Positions 47,864 to 59,093 of a DNA stretch of 64,000 nucleotides are shown in pieces. The position numbers were made by a program, and so were the translations under genes. The first letter of the stretch is position 1. Each line of letters starts with the position of its first letter. The notes below the pieces were generated by a model. It made no database searches. It was not told the DNA's origin and saw only the letters and a list, made by a program, of their open reading frames with translations. The DNA is from Calditrichia bacterium (GTDB lineage: Bacteria > Calditrichota > Calditrichia > JAJRVZ01), in NCBI GenBank assembly GCA_963796965.1, contig CAWCNS010000007.1, forward strand, positions 194,167 through 258,166. Reading direction: 5' to 3'.

Positions 47864-47895
47864 TATTATTAAAGATTTAAAGCAGATTTAAAAAA

Positions 47896-49831
47896 ATGTC
47901 CAGTTCGAATAACAGTATTGAGATTACTTTTCCTGATGGTGCTTCTAAGGAATATGCCTCTGGTGTGCATCCTCTCCAGATTGCGAACGGAATTAGTCCG
48001 GGATTAGCAAAAAGGGCAATCGCAGCCAAAATAAATGACAGGGTTGTCGGATTAGAAGAACCTGTTGATGAGTCTGGAGAAATACAAATTCTAACTTTTG
48101 ATGATGATGAGGGTAAAGATGTTTTCTGGCATTCAAATGCACATTTAATGGCCCAGGCTGTTAAACGATTATTTCCGGAAGCAGAGTTGGGCATCGGGCC
48201 CCCTATAATGATGGTTTTTATTATGATATTGATTTAGATAAAATGCTGACGCCTGAGGATTTTGATGCTATAGAGGCCGAGATGGAAAAGATAGTAGATG
48301 AAGATTTGAGTGTCTCCCGGCAGAATTTGAACCGGGATCAGGCGATAAAATTTTTTAAAGAGCGCAATGAAAATCTGAAGATTGATCTGATTCAGGACAT
48401 TGAAGAGGATCTAAGGCCTATACTCAGGGCGAGTTTACAGATTTATGTCGTGGCCCCCACATATCTTCTACCGGGAAATTAGGTAAAAATTTTAAACTAC
48501 TCTCTGTTGCAGGTGCATATTGGCGTGGTGATGAAAACAATAAAATGCTCCAGCGTCTTTATGCGACGGCATATCCGGATAGAAAGCAATTAAAGCAGCA
48601 TCTCTATCGAATTGAAGAAGCAAAGAAAAGAGATCACCGTAAATTGGGAAAAGAGCTGGATCTTTTTTCAATTCAGGATGAAATAGGTGGCGGATTTATC
48701 CTCTGGCATCCTAAAGGTGCTGTTATTAGAAATATTATAGAAAATTTTTGGAAAAATGAACATTTTAAAAATGGGTATGAGTTAGTGTACACCCCACATA
48801 TAGCAAAATTGCAACTCTGGGATAGAAGCGGCCATACCAACTACTATAAAGAAAATATGTATGCGTCAGTTCCGGTTGAAAATGCTGAATATCAGTTAAA
48901 ACCAATGAATTGTCCGTTTCATATGACCATATATAACTCAAAGATCCGTAGTTATCGAGATTTGCCTGTTCGATTTGCTGAATTGGGTACTGTATATCGT
49001 TATGAAAGATCTGGTGTCTTGCATGGATTGATGCGCGTCAGGGGATTTACTCAAGACGATGCTCACATATATTGCACCCCAGACCAGTTAACCGAGGAGA
49101 TACAGCGCGTATTAAATTTTACTATGTTTATGCTTGGGACTTTTGGATTTGAAGAATATGATGTTTACTTGTCTACGAGACCGGAAAAATATGTCGGTTC
49201 TATCGATAAGTGGGACGAAGCCACCGAGGCTTTGCGAATGGCCCTGGAGAATAATGATATAAATTATAAAATTGATCCAGGTGAAGGTGTTTTTTATGGT
49301 CCTAAGATCGATATAAAAATTCATGATGTTCTGGGGCGATCCTGGCAATGTACTACCATCCAGGTCGATTTTAATTTACCGGAAAAATTTAATATCGAAT
49401 ATGTTGATTCAGATGGTGCATATAAACAGCCGATTACTATTCACCGTGCTTTACTGGGCTCTCTGGAGCGCTTTTTTGGGATATTAATCGAACATTATGC
49501 AGGAAATTTTCCTTTGTGGTTGACGCCGACACAGGTTAAAATATTACCAATTGCGGACCGGCATTTTGAAATGGCGAAAGAAATTGATAACTTTCTTAAA
49601 ATGCATAATATTCGAGTGGAAACCGACATCAGAAATGAGAAAATTGGATTCAAAATTAGGGAAGCGGAAGTCGAGAAAATACCTTATATGATCATTATTG
49701 GAGATAAAGAAGTTGAGTCTGGTCAACCCTCTGTAAGAAGAAAGGGTAAAGGTGATTTGGGGGCAATGTCCCGTGAATATTTATTAGAAAAAATGCAGTT
49801 GGAAATTAATAATAAAGAAATTGTAAACTAG
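47896..49831 (+). CDS. thrS: Threonyl-tRNA synthetase, with 2 frame changes at C5 homopolymers (~48200 and ~48435), most likely sequencing indels
   Basis: TGS domain at the N-terminus, class II core (..[21 protein letters not shown]..), anticodon-binding C-terminus. The three ORFs sum to ~645 aa. Confidence 0.85.
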
Positions 49832-49846
49832 CTGAAGGAGCGTGAC

Positions 49847-50311
49847 ATTAAAAAAACAAAAACCAGAATTAATACGCAAATCACAGCACCCGAGATAAGA
49901 TTGATAAGTTCTGATGGGCAGCAGGTGGGTCTCGTTCCATCAGAGGAAGGTATCAAGATGGCCGAGCAAGAAGGCCTTGATCTCGTCGAGATTTCGCCAG
50001 ATGCAAAGCCGCCTGTATGTAAAGTGATGGATTATGGTAAATTCAGGTATGAAATAAGAAAAAAAGAAAAAGATAGTAAGAAAAAACAACATGTCATTAT
50101 CGTAAAAGAGATTCGACTCAGACCCCGGACTGAAGATCACGATCTTGAATTTAAGATTAAGCATGCCCGAAAATTTCTTGAACAGAAAAATAAAGTAAAA
50201 TTTACAGTTATGTTCAGGGGGCGTGAGATGGCCTATAAAGAATTTGGGGAAGAACTCTTAGATAGGGTGGTTGAGAATCTTGAAGATATTGCAAAAATAG
50301 AAGACTGGTAA
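49847..50311 (+). CDS. infC: Translation initiation factor IF-3, probable ATT start
   Basis: Frame open from ATT at 49847 (IKKTKTRINTQITAPEIRLI...), 8 nt after an AAGGAG; matches the IF-3 N-terminus. The ORF track begins at the internal TTG at 49901. Confidence 0.7.
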   Translation: MKKTKTRINTQITAPEIRLISSDGQQVGLVPSEEGIKMAEQEGLDLVEISPDAKPPVCKVMDYGKFRYEIRKKEKDSKKKQHVIIVKEIRLRPRTEDHDLEFKIKHARKFLEQKNKVKFTVMFRGREMAYKEFGEELLDRVVENLEDIAKIEDW

Positions 50312-50379
50312 AAAACTTGAAGGTCGTCGCTTGACGATGACTTTGATACTTAAGTAATAAGTTAGAAGGGATAGATATA

Positions 50380-50574
50380 ATGCCAAAGATGAAATCAAAC
50401 AGGGGAGCAGCAAAGAGGTTTAGGGTAACAAAAAGCGGTAAAATTAAACGCCATAGCTCCCATCACAGTCATATTTTAACAAAGAAGACACCTAAAAGAA
50501 AAAGAAATCTGAGAAAAGAAAGTCTTGTTGCAAAATCAGATGTAAAACGTGTACACAAAATGATTTTGCAATAA
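50380..50574 (+). CDS. rpmI: 50S ribosomal protein L35
   Basis: [24 protein letters not shown]... Confidence 0.9.
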   Translation: MPKMKSNRGAAKRFRVTKSGKIKRHSSHHSHILTKKTPKRKRNLRKESLVAKSDVKRVHKMILQ

Positions 50575-50602
50575 TTTATAGATAGGAAGGAGTCGTGGTA
50601 GT

Positions 50603-50950
50603 ATGCCAAGGGCAACCAATAACGTAGCAGCGAGACAGAGAAGGAAAAAGGTGCTGTCCGCAGCAAAAGGATATCGCCTCGGTAAAAGCCGTTTATATAA
50701 GACGGCAAAAGATCAGGTAGAGAAATCATTACTCTACGCATATCGGGACCGACGCACGAAGAAAAGAAACTTCAGGAAATTGTGGATCGCGCGAATTAAT
50801 GCAGCATGCAGGCAATATGGCATGTCTTATTCCGTATTTATGCATAAATTATCTGAAAAAAATATTGAATTGGATCGCAAAGTTTTAGCCGATTTGGCCG
50901 TAAAAAGTCCACAGGCATTTGAAGATCTGGTGAAAGAAGTTAGTGCTTAA
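50603..50950 (+). CDS. rplT: 50S ribosomal protein L20
   Basis: [24 protein letters not shown]... Confidence 0.9.
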   Translation: MPRATNNVAARQRRKKVLSAAKGYRLGKSRLYKTAKDQVEKSLLYAYRDRRTKKRNFRKLWIARINAACRQYGMSYSVFMHKLSEKNIELDRKVLADLAVKSPQAFEDLVKEVSA

Positions 50951-50974
50951 TTGCACATATTCTAACTAAACAGA

Positions 50975-51010
50975 AAGGGAAGTGTGCATTTTGTCACTTC
51001 CTTTTTTTTA
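50975..51010 (+). terminator. Rho-independent terminator after rplT
   Basis: gggaagtgtgcattttgtcacttcc followed by T8. Confidence 0.6.
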
Positions 51011-51026
51011 ATCCCGCAGGATTGTA

Positions 51027-52034
51027 ATGCTTGAAAGAATTAATGCAGTAAAAGATCAGTTTAAAGAAGATCTCAAGTCCTTGAAATCAACGGCGGATCT
51101 TGATGAGATAAGAATTAAGTATCTCAGCCGAAAAGGAATTGTTGCAGAACTTTTTCTGGATATGAAGAATGTTTTAGATTCAGAACGGCCAAAGATTGGT
51201 AAATTGCTCAATGAGATTAAAAGTGATATAACTAAGAATCTTGAGGATTTTCAATCTGGTTACACACAAAAAGACATTAATAAAGATGTTCTGGATCTTA
51301 CGCTTCCTGGGAGAAAGCCATTTACAGGGAGAACCCATCCTCTGACTAAAACTCTTGAAGAAATAAAGACAATTTTTCTTAGTTTGGGATTTGGAGTTGA
51401 GGATGGGCCGGAGATTGAAACCGATTATTATAATTTTGAGGCATTGAATATTCCTAAAAATCATCCGGCTAGAGATATGCAGGACACTTTATATATTACG
51501 GACGATATCGTTCTCAGAACACACACCTCTCCGGTTCAGATCCGCGTGATGGAAAGATCTCAACCACCAATTAAAATTATTGCTCCAGGGCGTGTCTATA
51601 GAAGAGATACGCCTGATGCAAGCCACTCCCCATTTTTTCATCAGGTAGAGGGCCTTGCTGTCGATGAAGGAATAAGTTTTGGAGACCTCAAGGGTGTTAT
51701 TACAGCCTTTGCCCATAAGATGTTTGGCTCCGATATTAAAGTACGTTTTCGTCCAAGTTTTTTCCCCTTTACCGAACCAAGCGCTGAATATGATTTTATT
51801 TGTGTATTTTGCCGAGGAAAAGGGTGCAGGGTTTGCAAGAATACAGGATGGGTTGAAATATCTGGTGCAGGGATGGTCGATCCAAATGTTTTCAAACATG
51901 TGAATTATGATACCGAAAAATATACCGGATATGCCTTCGGAATGGGGATTGATCGCATTGCTATGCTAAAATATGGCATCCATGACATCCGGTTGTTTTT
52001 TGAAAATGACATCAGATTTTTAGAACAGTTTTAG
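51027..52034 (+). CDS. pheS: Phenylalanyl-tRNA synthetase alpha subunit
   Basis: Class II motifs (..FHQVEGL.., ..GMGIDRIAML..); 335 aa. Confidence 0.9.
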   Translation: MLERINAVKDQFKEDLKSLKSTADLDEIRIKYLSRKGIVAELFLDMKNVLDSERPKIGKLLNEIKSDITKNLEDFQSGYTQKDINKDVLDLTLPGRKPFTGRTHPLTKTLEEIKTIFLSLGFGVEDGPEIETDYYNFEALNIPKNHPARDMQDTLYITDDIVLRTHTSPVQIRVMERSQPPIKIIAPGRVYRRDTPDASHSPFFHQVEGLAVDEGISFGDLKGVITAFAHKMFGSDIKVRFRPSFFPFTEPSAEYDFICVFCRGKGCRVCKNTGWVEISGAGMVDPNVFKHVNYDTEKYTGYAFGMGIDRIAMLKYGIHDIRLFFENDIRFLEQF

Positions 52035-52237
52035 ATTGCTATAAGTCTGGAGAACGTACTTCTCCAAAATTGAGATTCGAACAAATAAATATTGGTTTAT
52101 CTACATCGTTACTTTAAATAATTTGTTTTTTATGTTAATATAGCCCAATTTCAACTATATCTAAACTTATGGTTAAGATTGTGTGGTGGGTTGATGCGAT
52201 TTGATCTTTAAGGTTGTAATCTAAAAGTGAAGATACA

Positions 52238-54613
52238 ATGAAAATTTCTTATAATTGGTTAAAAGACTATGTGGAGTTCGATCTTTCTCCGGAGGCATTG
52301 GCTGAAAAATTAACGATGTCAGGGCTTGAGGTGGAGGAGGTTAAGCCGGTTTTACCTGAATTTAGGGGGATAATAATTGCCCGAGTTCTTTCGGTTGAAA
52401 AGCATCCAAATGCAGATAAGTTGTCCGTATGTAGCGTTGATTCCGGCAATGAACATTTTCAGGTAGTATGCGGTGCGGCCAATGTCGCAGAGGGCCAGCT
52501 TGTACCATTCGCCCCTATAGGGACGGATTTGCCTGTCGGATTTTCAATAAAAAAAGCGAAAATAAGAGGAATAGAGTCATTTGGTATGATATGTTCGGAA
52601 GAAGAATTAGGTCTTGCCGATAAATCTGAAGGGATCTGGGAACTTCCCGCAGATTCAAAATTTGGCAAAGATCTCTATGATTCCCTCCGCCATACTCAAG
52701 ATTACATGATTGATATTTTTATTACGCCAAATAGGCCGGATGCCATGAGTATGATTGGTATCGCAAGGGAAGTGGCAGCCATTATCGACACATCATATCA
52801 GGGACCGGAATTTAATAAAAAAGAACAATCTATCCTGGCTTCAGAAAATGTGTCCGTAGAGATTGAGGACATCGATGGCTGCCCGCGGTATGCAGCCAGG
52901 GTGATTAAAAACGTAAAAATTGGGCCAAGTCCAGCATGGATGGTGGATCGCCTAAAAACATGTGGCGTAAGACCAATAAATAACATTGTTGATATTACTA
53001 ACTATGTGTTGCTTGAACTCGGGCAGCCACTCCATGCGTTTGATCTGGCTCAGGTATCCGGTTCTAAAATAATCGTCCGAAAATCCAAAGAGAATGAAAT
53101 ATTCACTACGCTGGATGAGAAAGAGCGAAAACTACCCGAAAACACCGTCATGATCTGTGATGCTGAGAAAGCTGTAGCCGTTGGTGGAATTATGGGAGGT
53201 TTAAATTCTGAGGTTTCGGAAGAAACAATAGACATCTTATTAGAAAGTGCTTATTTTAATCCAATAAGAATTGGAACCTCAGTCTAAGAAGTTGGGGTTA
53301 TTTTCGGAAGCTTCCCAGCGATTTGAAAGAGGTGTCAATCCTAATTATATTCCTTTCGCCTGTGACAGAGCAGCTTTTCTTATGCAGGAATTGGCAGAGG
53401 GTGAGGTTCTTAAAGGGATAGTTGATGAATATCCAGAAAAGATTGTAGAAAAAGAAGTTTCTGTGCGCCCATCACGAATTAATCACCTCTTAGGTACGGA
53501 CCTTAATGAGAAAGAAATTGGTGGTATATTCTCCCGATTAGGTATCAAATATGATCAGAATAGGGCAATTGTTCCTACTTTTCGTCCCGATATAGAAAGA
53601 GAAGTTGATCTCATCGAAGAAGTTGCTCGTCTGATTGGTTTCGATAGTATACCGGTAAAAAAACAGTCACTGATAGAGTATGATGCTAAATTGAATAAAT
53701 CTGAAACCCTTTTTAATTTATTAAAGACAGAAATAAAGCAATTGGGTTTTTTTGAAGCCTTGACAAATAGTATGGTTTCCAAGCAGGAACTTGGATTCAT
53801 TGGTGATGGTGAATATATAAAGATATTAAATCCAATCAGTGATGATATGAATATAATGCGCAGGTCATTGATTCCAGGTCTTTTAAAGGTGTTGTGCTAC
53901 AATATCAACAGAAGTGCTTTTGATATGCGATTATTTGAGATGGGGCGGGTATTTAAAAATAGTGATAGTAATAGTCAGCCTTATTTCCTGTCTGGACTTA
54001 TTCATGGCTCCCGAAAATATCCGGGCTGGTCCGAAACCGCACTACCTGTTGATTTTTATGACGTTAAGGGAGTTGTTGAGACATTTCTTTCCAAAATATT
54101 CCTTGACAAATATGAATTTATTTTATATGATAATACGTTGTATTTTGATCCGGAGCAGGCTCTCAAAGTAGCATGTGATGGAGAGTTGTTGGGCAGTTTG
54201 GAAAAATAAAAAAAGAGGTTGCCCACGGATTTGAAATAGACTCAGATGTATATGGCTTTGAATTTTCTGTTGATGCGATAAAGGATCATATTAATAAAAA
54301 TCAGCTCTTTGAGATTTATTCAAGATTTCCTTTTATTGAAAAAGACCTTGCTCTGGTGGTTGATACCAAAGTAACGGCAAGTGAGATTGATTCACTTATT
54401 CGAAATAGCGGAAAACCTCTGGTTGAAGATGTTTCCGTTTTCGATTTGTATAAAGGAGATCAGCTCGAGGAATCAGAAAAGAGCCTCGCATTCCGCATAC
54501 GCTTTCAGTCTTCTGAAAGAACTTTAAATGAAAAGGAGGTCAGCAAGATTTTTAGCAAGATAATTGTTGATGCTGAGCGTAAATTTGGTGCAAAATTACG
54601 TGACCAAAAATGA
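52238..54613 (+). CDS. pheT: Phenylalanyl-tRNA synthetase beta subunit, with at least 2 frame changes (~53280, ~54200)
   Basis: tRNA-binding N-terminal domain, B3/4 and B5 domains. The C-terminal FDX-ACB domain lies in the 54356-54613 ORF. Total ~792 aa. Confidence 0.85.
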
Positions 54614-54879
54614 AATTAGATCAATTTGACCGACTGCAACAACTTGTTAAGGATACAGCTGATGTTGTAATAAAGCTGAAATTTGAAAACAAGGCATTAG
54701 CAGATAAAAATCTTAAGTTGCAGGAAGAACTGAATACGAAAACTGAAAAAACTGTTCAGAAATTGAAACGAGCGGAAGAAGAAAATAATTTTTTAAGACA
54801 ACGACAGGAAAAAGTTACTTCAAGACTTATGCATTTGAGAAATAAATTAAGAAGTCTGACGACGGGTGTTGAGTCTTAA
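54610..54879 (+). CDS. Coiled-coil cell-division protein (ZapB-like)
   Basis: 89-aa uninterrupted coiled coil; start overlaps the pheT stop; zapA follows. Confidence 0.4.
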   Translation: MKLDQFDRLQQLVKDTADVVIKLKFENKALADKNLKLQEELNTKTEKTVQKLKRAEEENNFLRQRQEKVTSRLMHLRNKLRSLTTGVES

Positions 54880-54891
54880 ACTTAAAGTATA

Positions 54892-55179
54892 ATGCCAACA
54901 AATCAATTACGAGTAAATATTTTTGGCGCTGAGTATGTTCTCAAAGCGACTGAAAACCAAGATGAAATAAAAGAAATCGCTGAGTATGTCGATCAAAAAA
55001 TGAAAGAAATCGATCGATCCCAGGCTATTGGATCAAATCTCAAAATTGCGATTTTAGCAGCATTAAATATAGCTGAAGAATTATTTCAGAATCAAAAATA
55101 TCAGGGACGTTTGGTTGAGCAGATAAATCACGAATCAAAAAAACTTAACCGATCTTTGCAAGACGTTTTAGATTTATAA
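54892..55179 (+). CDS. zapA: Cell division protein ZapA
   Basis: VNIFGAEYVLKA...IAILAALNIAEEL pattern; 95 aa; conserved position after pheT. Confidence 0.7.
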   Translation: MPTNQLRVNIFGAEYVLKATENQDEIKEIAEYVDQKMKEIDRSQAIGSNLKIAILAALNIAEELFQNQKYQGRLVEQINHESKKLNRSLQDVLDL

Positions 55180-55200
55180 TTACTATAGGCATTTAGAACT

Positions 55201-55377
55201 GCCCTGTATTTATTCGTGGTGCATATTTAAGAACCAACACCTTTAAACAGGGAGCCCGGCTCTGGGCGGCAAGAGTATGCCCCTTTAGGGGAAACCCGAC
55301 CCGTTTAGGAGGGTACCCATCATATTTGGCATTAGGTTCAAAAAATATCACTCACATGATGAATACAGGGCTTTTTT
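55201..55377 (+). ncRNA. ssrS: Candidate 6S RNA (SsrS)
   Basis: About 177 nt between zapA and rny. A long irregular closing stem (5' GCCCUGUAUUUAUUCG...GAACC pairs with 3' GGUUC...GAUGAAUACAGGGC), a GC-rich internal region, and a U-tract at the 3' end. The zapA-ssrS synteny is known from E. coli. Confidence 0.5.
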
Positions 55378-55412
55378 ATTTCCTGGATTTATAATAGGGG
55401 GCAGGAGGAAGA

Positions 55413-56977
55413 ATGTTTTTAACACTTCTGATAACATCTGTAATTGTAGCGACGGTTTTCTTCCTTGTTGGCTGGTTGCTTAATTCAACATTTGGAAAGA
55501 AATCCTTAAAAAATGCGCGTAACAAAGAAAAAGAAATTGTTGCAAATGCTGAAGTAGAATCTGAAAATATAAAGCGTGAGAGACGGATTGAAGCGGATGA
55601 AGAATACTATAATCTGAAACAAACATCTCGAAGAGGAGTTTCGTAATAAAAAACGATCGCTTCAAAAAGAAGAGCAGCGTCTGAATGAAAAAGATACAAA
55701 TATTGATCGCAAATCAGACTATATCACCAAAAAAGAAAGCGAACTGAATCAACTTGAAAGAGATTTGAAATCAGAAGAAACACAATATCCTGCTTAAACA
55801 GGAACGATTAGATGGTATTATTCTGAACAAAACAACATGTTGGAAAAAATTGCCGGTTTGACTTCTGAGGATGCCAAAAAAATACTAATGGATAATCTGG
55901 TTGAAGAAGCGAAGCAAGGTGCGGCAAAGATTATTCAAAGTATAGCGGAAGAGGCAAGAGCAGAAGCGCAGTAATCAATCAAGAAATATTATAATTACTG
56001 CCATGCAGCAATCAGGTGATTGATATGGCAATTGAATCTACTGTCTCCACTGTTGTTATTGCCTTCCGATGATATGAAGGGGAGAATCATCGGCCGTGAA
56101 GGACGAAATATACGCGCCTTCGAAGTTGTGACCGGAGTGGATGTTATTGTTGATGATACGCCCGGTTCTATTATTTTAAGTGCTTTTGATCCCGCTGCAG
56201 ACGTGAAATTGCACGTATTGTAATGGAAAAACTTGTTGCAGACGGTCGTATACATCCTGGTAGAATTGAGGATATGTATGAAAAGATTAAGACTGAAATG
56301 GATGAATATATGCGTGAAACGGGTGATCAGGTACTTTTGGAATGCGGTATTCATGGTGTGCATGCTGAACTGGCCTCTCTTTTAGGCAAATTACGATTTC
56401 GAACCAGTTTTGGTCAGAATGTACTCCAACATTCAAAAGAAGTCTCTGTTATTTCTGGTATTATTGCCGCTGAGTTGGAATTGGATGTCCATCTTGCAAT
56501 AAGCGGCCGGATTATTGCATGATATCGGCCGTGCAACAGATAAAATCCACGGATAATAACCATGCAGAAACAGGTGCAGAAATTGCCAGAAAATTTAATG
56601 AAAATGAAATTGTTCAGAATGCAATTGCTGCCCATCATAGTAATGTAGAGCCAAATTCACCAATTAGTATCATTGTACAAATTGCTAATGAACTAAGTAA
56701 AAGCCGTCCTGGCGCCAGAAGAGAAGCGATTGAAGGTTTTATTAACCGGATGCGTCAGATTGAAGCTATTGCAGAATCGTTTGATGGTGTACAACGTTCA
56801 TTTGCCATTCAGGCTGGAAAAGAAATTCGTGTGATTGTTTCCCATGAAAAAATTGATGACAATCAAATTCATCATCTCGCAAAGGATATTGCTATTAAAA
56901 ATTGAAGAAGAAATTGAGTATCCGGGTCAAATCAAAGTTGTGGTCATCAGAGAATTCAGGGGTGTTGATTACGCTTG
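55413..56977 (+). CDS. rny: Ribonuclease Y, at least 6 frame changes
   Basis: N-terminal TM plus coiled coil ([23 protein letters not shown]..), KH domain ([15 protein letters not shown]), HD domain (..AAHHSNVEP..). End motif ..[13 protein letters not shown]. Confidence 0.75.
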
Positions 56978-57228
56978 ATCTTTAAAGCAAGGATCAATTT
57001 CTCCTTGTAGATACTATTTCTGTATGTAGTAAGATTCCGATCCCGAAGCGCGATCCCGTTCCGAGACAGAATGACATAATTAGAAGATTGTTAGGACACA
57101 GTCTAATCGGGCAAAGACGATTGATGAAACTTAGTGGTATATTTTTTTCTTAGCGAATTTTAGCGACTTTGCGAGAGAATATATTAAATTACAATAAACT
57201 TTAAAAATTTGAATTTACAGGACAGAAA

Positions 57229-58110
57229 ATGGATCCGAAAATAATTGATGGGAAATTAGTCAGTAAAAATGTAAAAGAATCAATAAAAAACGAAACATTA
57301 ACGTTACTTAAACAAGGTATTCACCCCGGACTTGTTGTCGTTCTGGTTGGAGAAGACCCTGCTTCAGCTATTTATGTTCGAAATAAGGGCCGCGCCTGTG
57401 AGAATGCCGGCATACTATCCGAAACCATCAAACTTGAAGAGTCAACCAGTGAAAGTGATTTATTAAATCTAATCGATAAATTGAATAATGATAAAAGATT
57501 TCATGGGATCCTGGTTCAACTTCCACTTCCAAAACATATTAATGAGACAAAGGTTTTAGAATCGATCAATCCTGAAAAAGATGTAGATTGTTTTCATCCA
57601 ATTAATGTTGGTCGGTTAGTGAGTGGAAGACCTTATGTTTTGCCCTGTACACCTGCTGGAATAAGAGAAATGTTAAGTGCATATGATATTCCCACAGCTG
57701 GGAAACATGTTGTTGTGATTGGACGTAGCAATATAGTCGGCAAACCTATGGCAAATTTATTAATGCAGAAGTCAGATGATGGAAATGCTACGGTTACGAT
57801 CGTGCACAGTAGGACCAAGGATATCCCACATTATACCAAACAGGCGGATATACTTGTTGCTGCAATGGGGTATGCTCATTTTGTCCGGAGCGATATGGTA
57901 AAAGACGATGTGGTTATTATTGATGTTGGTATGAATAGAATCGATGCGGACAATGAAAAGGGATACCGTCTCGTCGGCGATGTGGATTTCGATGATGTTT
58001 ACTCAAAAGTATCTAAAATTACGCCAGTTCCCGGTGGTGTCGGACCGATGACGATTGCCATGTTATTAAAAAATACTTTAACAGCAGCAAAGTTTCAAAG
58101 CAATAAGTAA
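57229..58110 (+). CDS. folD: Bifunctional methylenetetrahydrofolate dehydrogenase/cyclohydrolase
   Basis: ..YVRNKGRACE.., ..PGGVGPMTIAMLL..; 293 aa. Confidence 0.9.
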   Translation: MDPKIIDGKLVSKNVKESIKNETLTLLKQGIHPGLVVVLVGEDPASAIYVRNKGRACENAGILSETIKLEESTSESDLLNLIDKLNNDKRFHGILVQLPLPKHINETKVLESINPEKDVDCFHPINVGRLVSGRPYVLPCTPAGIREMLSAYDIPTAGKHVVVIGRSNIVGKPMANLLMQKSDDGNATVTIVHSRTKDIPHYTKQADILVAAMGYAHFVRSDMVKDDVVIIDVGMNRIDADNEKGYRLVGDVDFDDVYSKVSKITPVPGGVGPMTIAMLLKNTLTAAKFQSNK

Positions 58111-58188
58111 AATACACCCGAACATATGTGATATCTTTTTGAAATTAAAAGAAATCATAAAATAATTGTTTTATATCACCTCAAAATT

Positions 58189-59091
58189 ATGAGCGATACA
58201 CACCTTTATAAAAAATACCTAGATCCCGCCATCTTAAACAACATCCAGAATCTTGAACTCAGGGCAAGACTTGTGGTTGAAGGATTTATAACGGGGTTAC
58301 ATAAGAGCCCCTTTCATGGTTTTAGCGTAGAATTTTCACAACATCGCCCTTATAATTACGGGGATAACCTAAGATATATAGATTGGAAAGTCTATGGGCG
58401 TACAGATCGCTACTATATAAAGCAATTTGAAGAAGAAACAAATCTTAAGTCCTATATATTATTGGATATAAGCAAGTCAATGGAATTTAAATCAGCAACT
58501 ATCTCAAAATTGGAATATGCAAAAAGCCTAACTGCTGCTTTATCATATCTTATGCTTTCTCAACGCGATGCTGTTGGATTAGGTTTGTTTGATTCCGAAC
58601 TTAAAAAACTTATGCCCCCCAGATCGGCCGCATCTTATTTACAGAGCATTCTCCGTGAGTTGGACATTCATGCAGAAGGAGAGGATACAAAAATCAAACC
58701 CGTTTTACATGCGATGGCCGATCGTCTGAAAAGAAGAGGTCTGGTTATACTTATTTCAGATCTTTATGATGATCCTGAAGAAGTACTCTCAGGTTTAAGA
58801 CATTTTAGATATAATCAACATGAGGTGCTTGTCTTTCATCTTCTGGATCCTCAGGAAATCAATTTTGAGTATGATGGAGATGTGGAATTTGAGGATTTGG
58901 AAACTGGGGAAAAAATAAGAACATATCCCTGGTACATAAAAGAGGAATATAGAAAATCTGTCAAATCGTTTGAAAAAACATACCGGAATTTATGTCGTGA
59001 ATACTTGATAGATTACCAGATGATTAGCACGGATCAGAATTTGGATGTTGCATTGATGGAGTTCCTGATAAAAAGAAAAAAATTAGGATAA
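58189..59091 (+). CDS. DUF58 (vWA-like) protein
   Basis: Typical DUF58 N-terminus (..GLHKSPFHGFSVEFSQHRPYNYGDNLRYIDWKVYGRTDRYY..). No adjacent MoxR ATPase in the window. Confidence 0.6.
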   Translation: MSDTHLYKKYLDPAILNNIQNLELRARLVVEGFITGLHKSPFHGFSVEFSQHRPYNYGDNLRYIDWKVYGRTDRYYIKQFEEETNLKSYILLDISKSMEFKSATISKLEYAKSLTAALSYLMLSQRDAVGLGLFDSELKKLMPPRSAASYLQSILRELDIHAEGEDTKIKPVLHAMADRLKRRGLVILISDLYDDPEEVLSGLRHFRYNQHEVLVFHLLDPQEINFEYDGDVEFEDLETGEKIRTYPWYIKEEYRKSVKSFEKTYRNLCREYLIDYQMISTDQNLDVALMEFLIKRKKLG

Positions 59092-59093
59092 CT

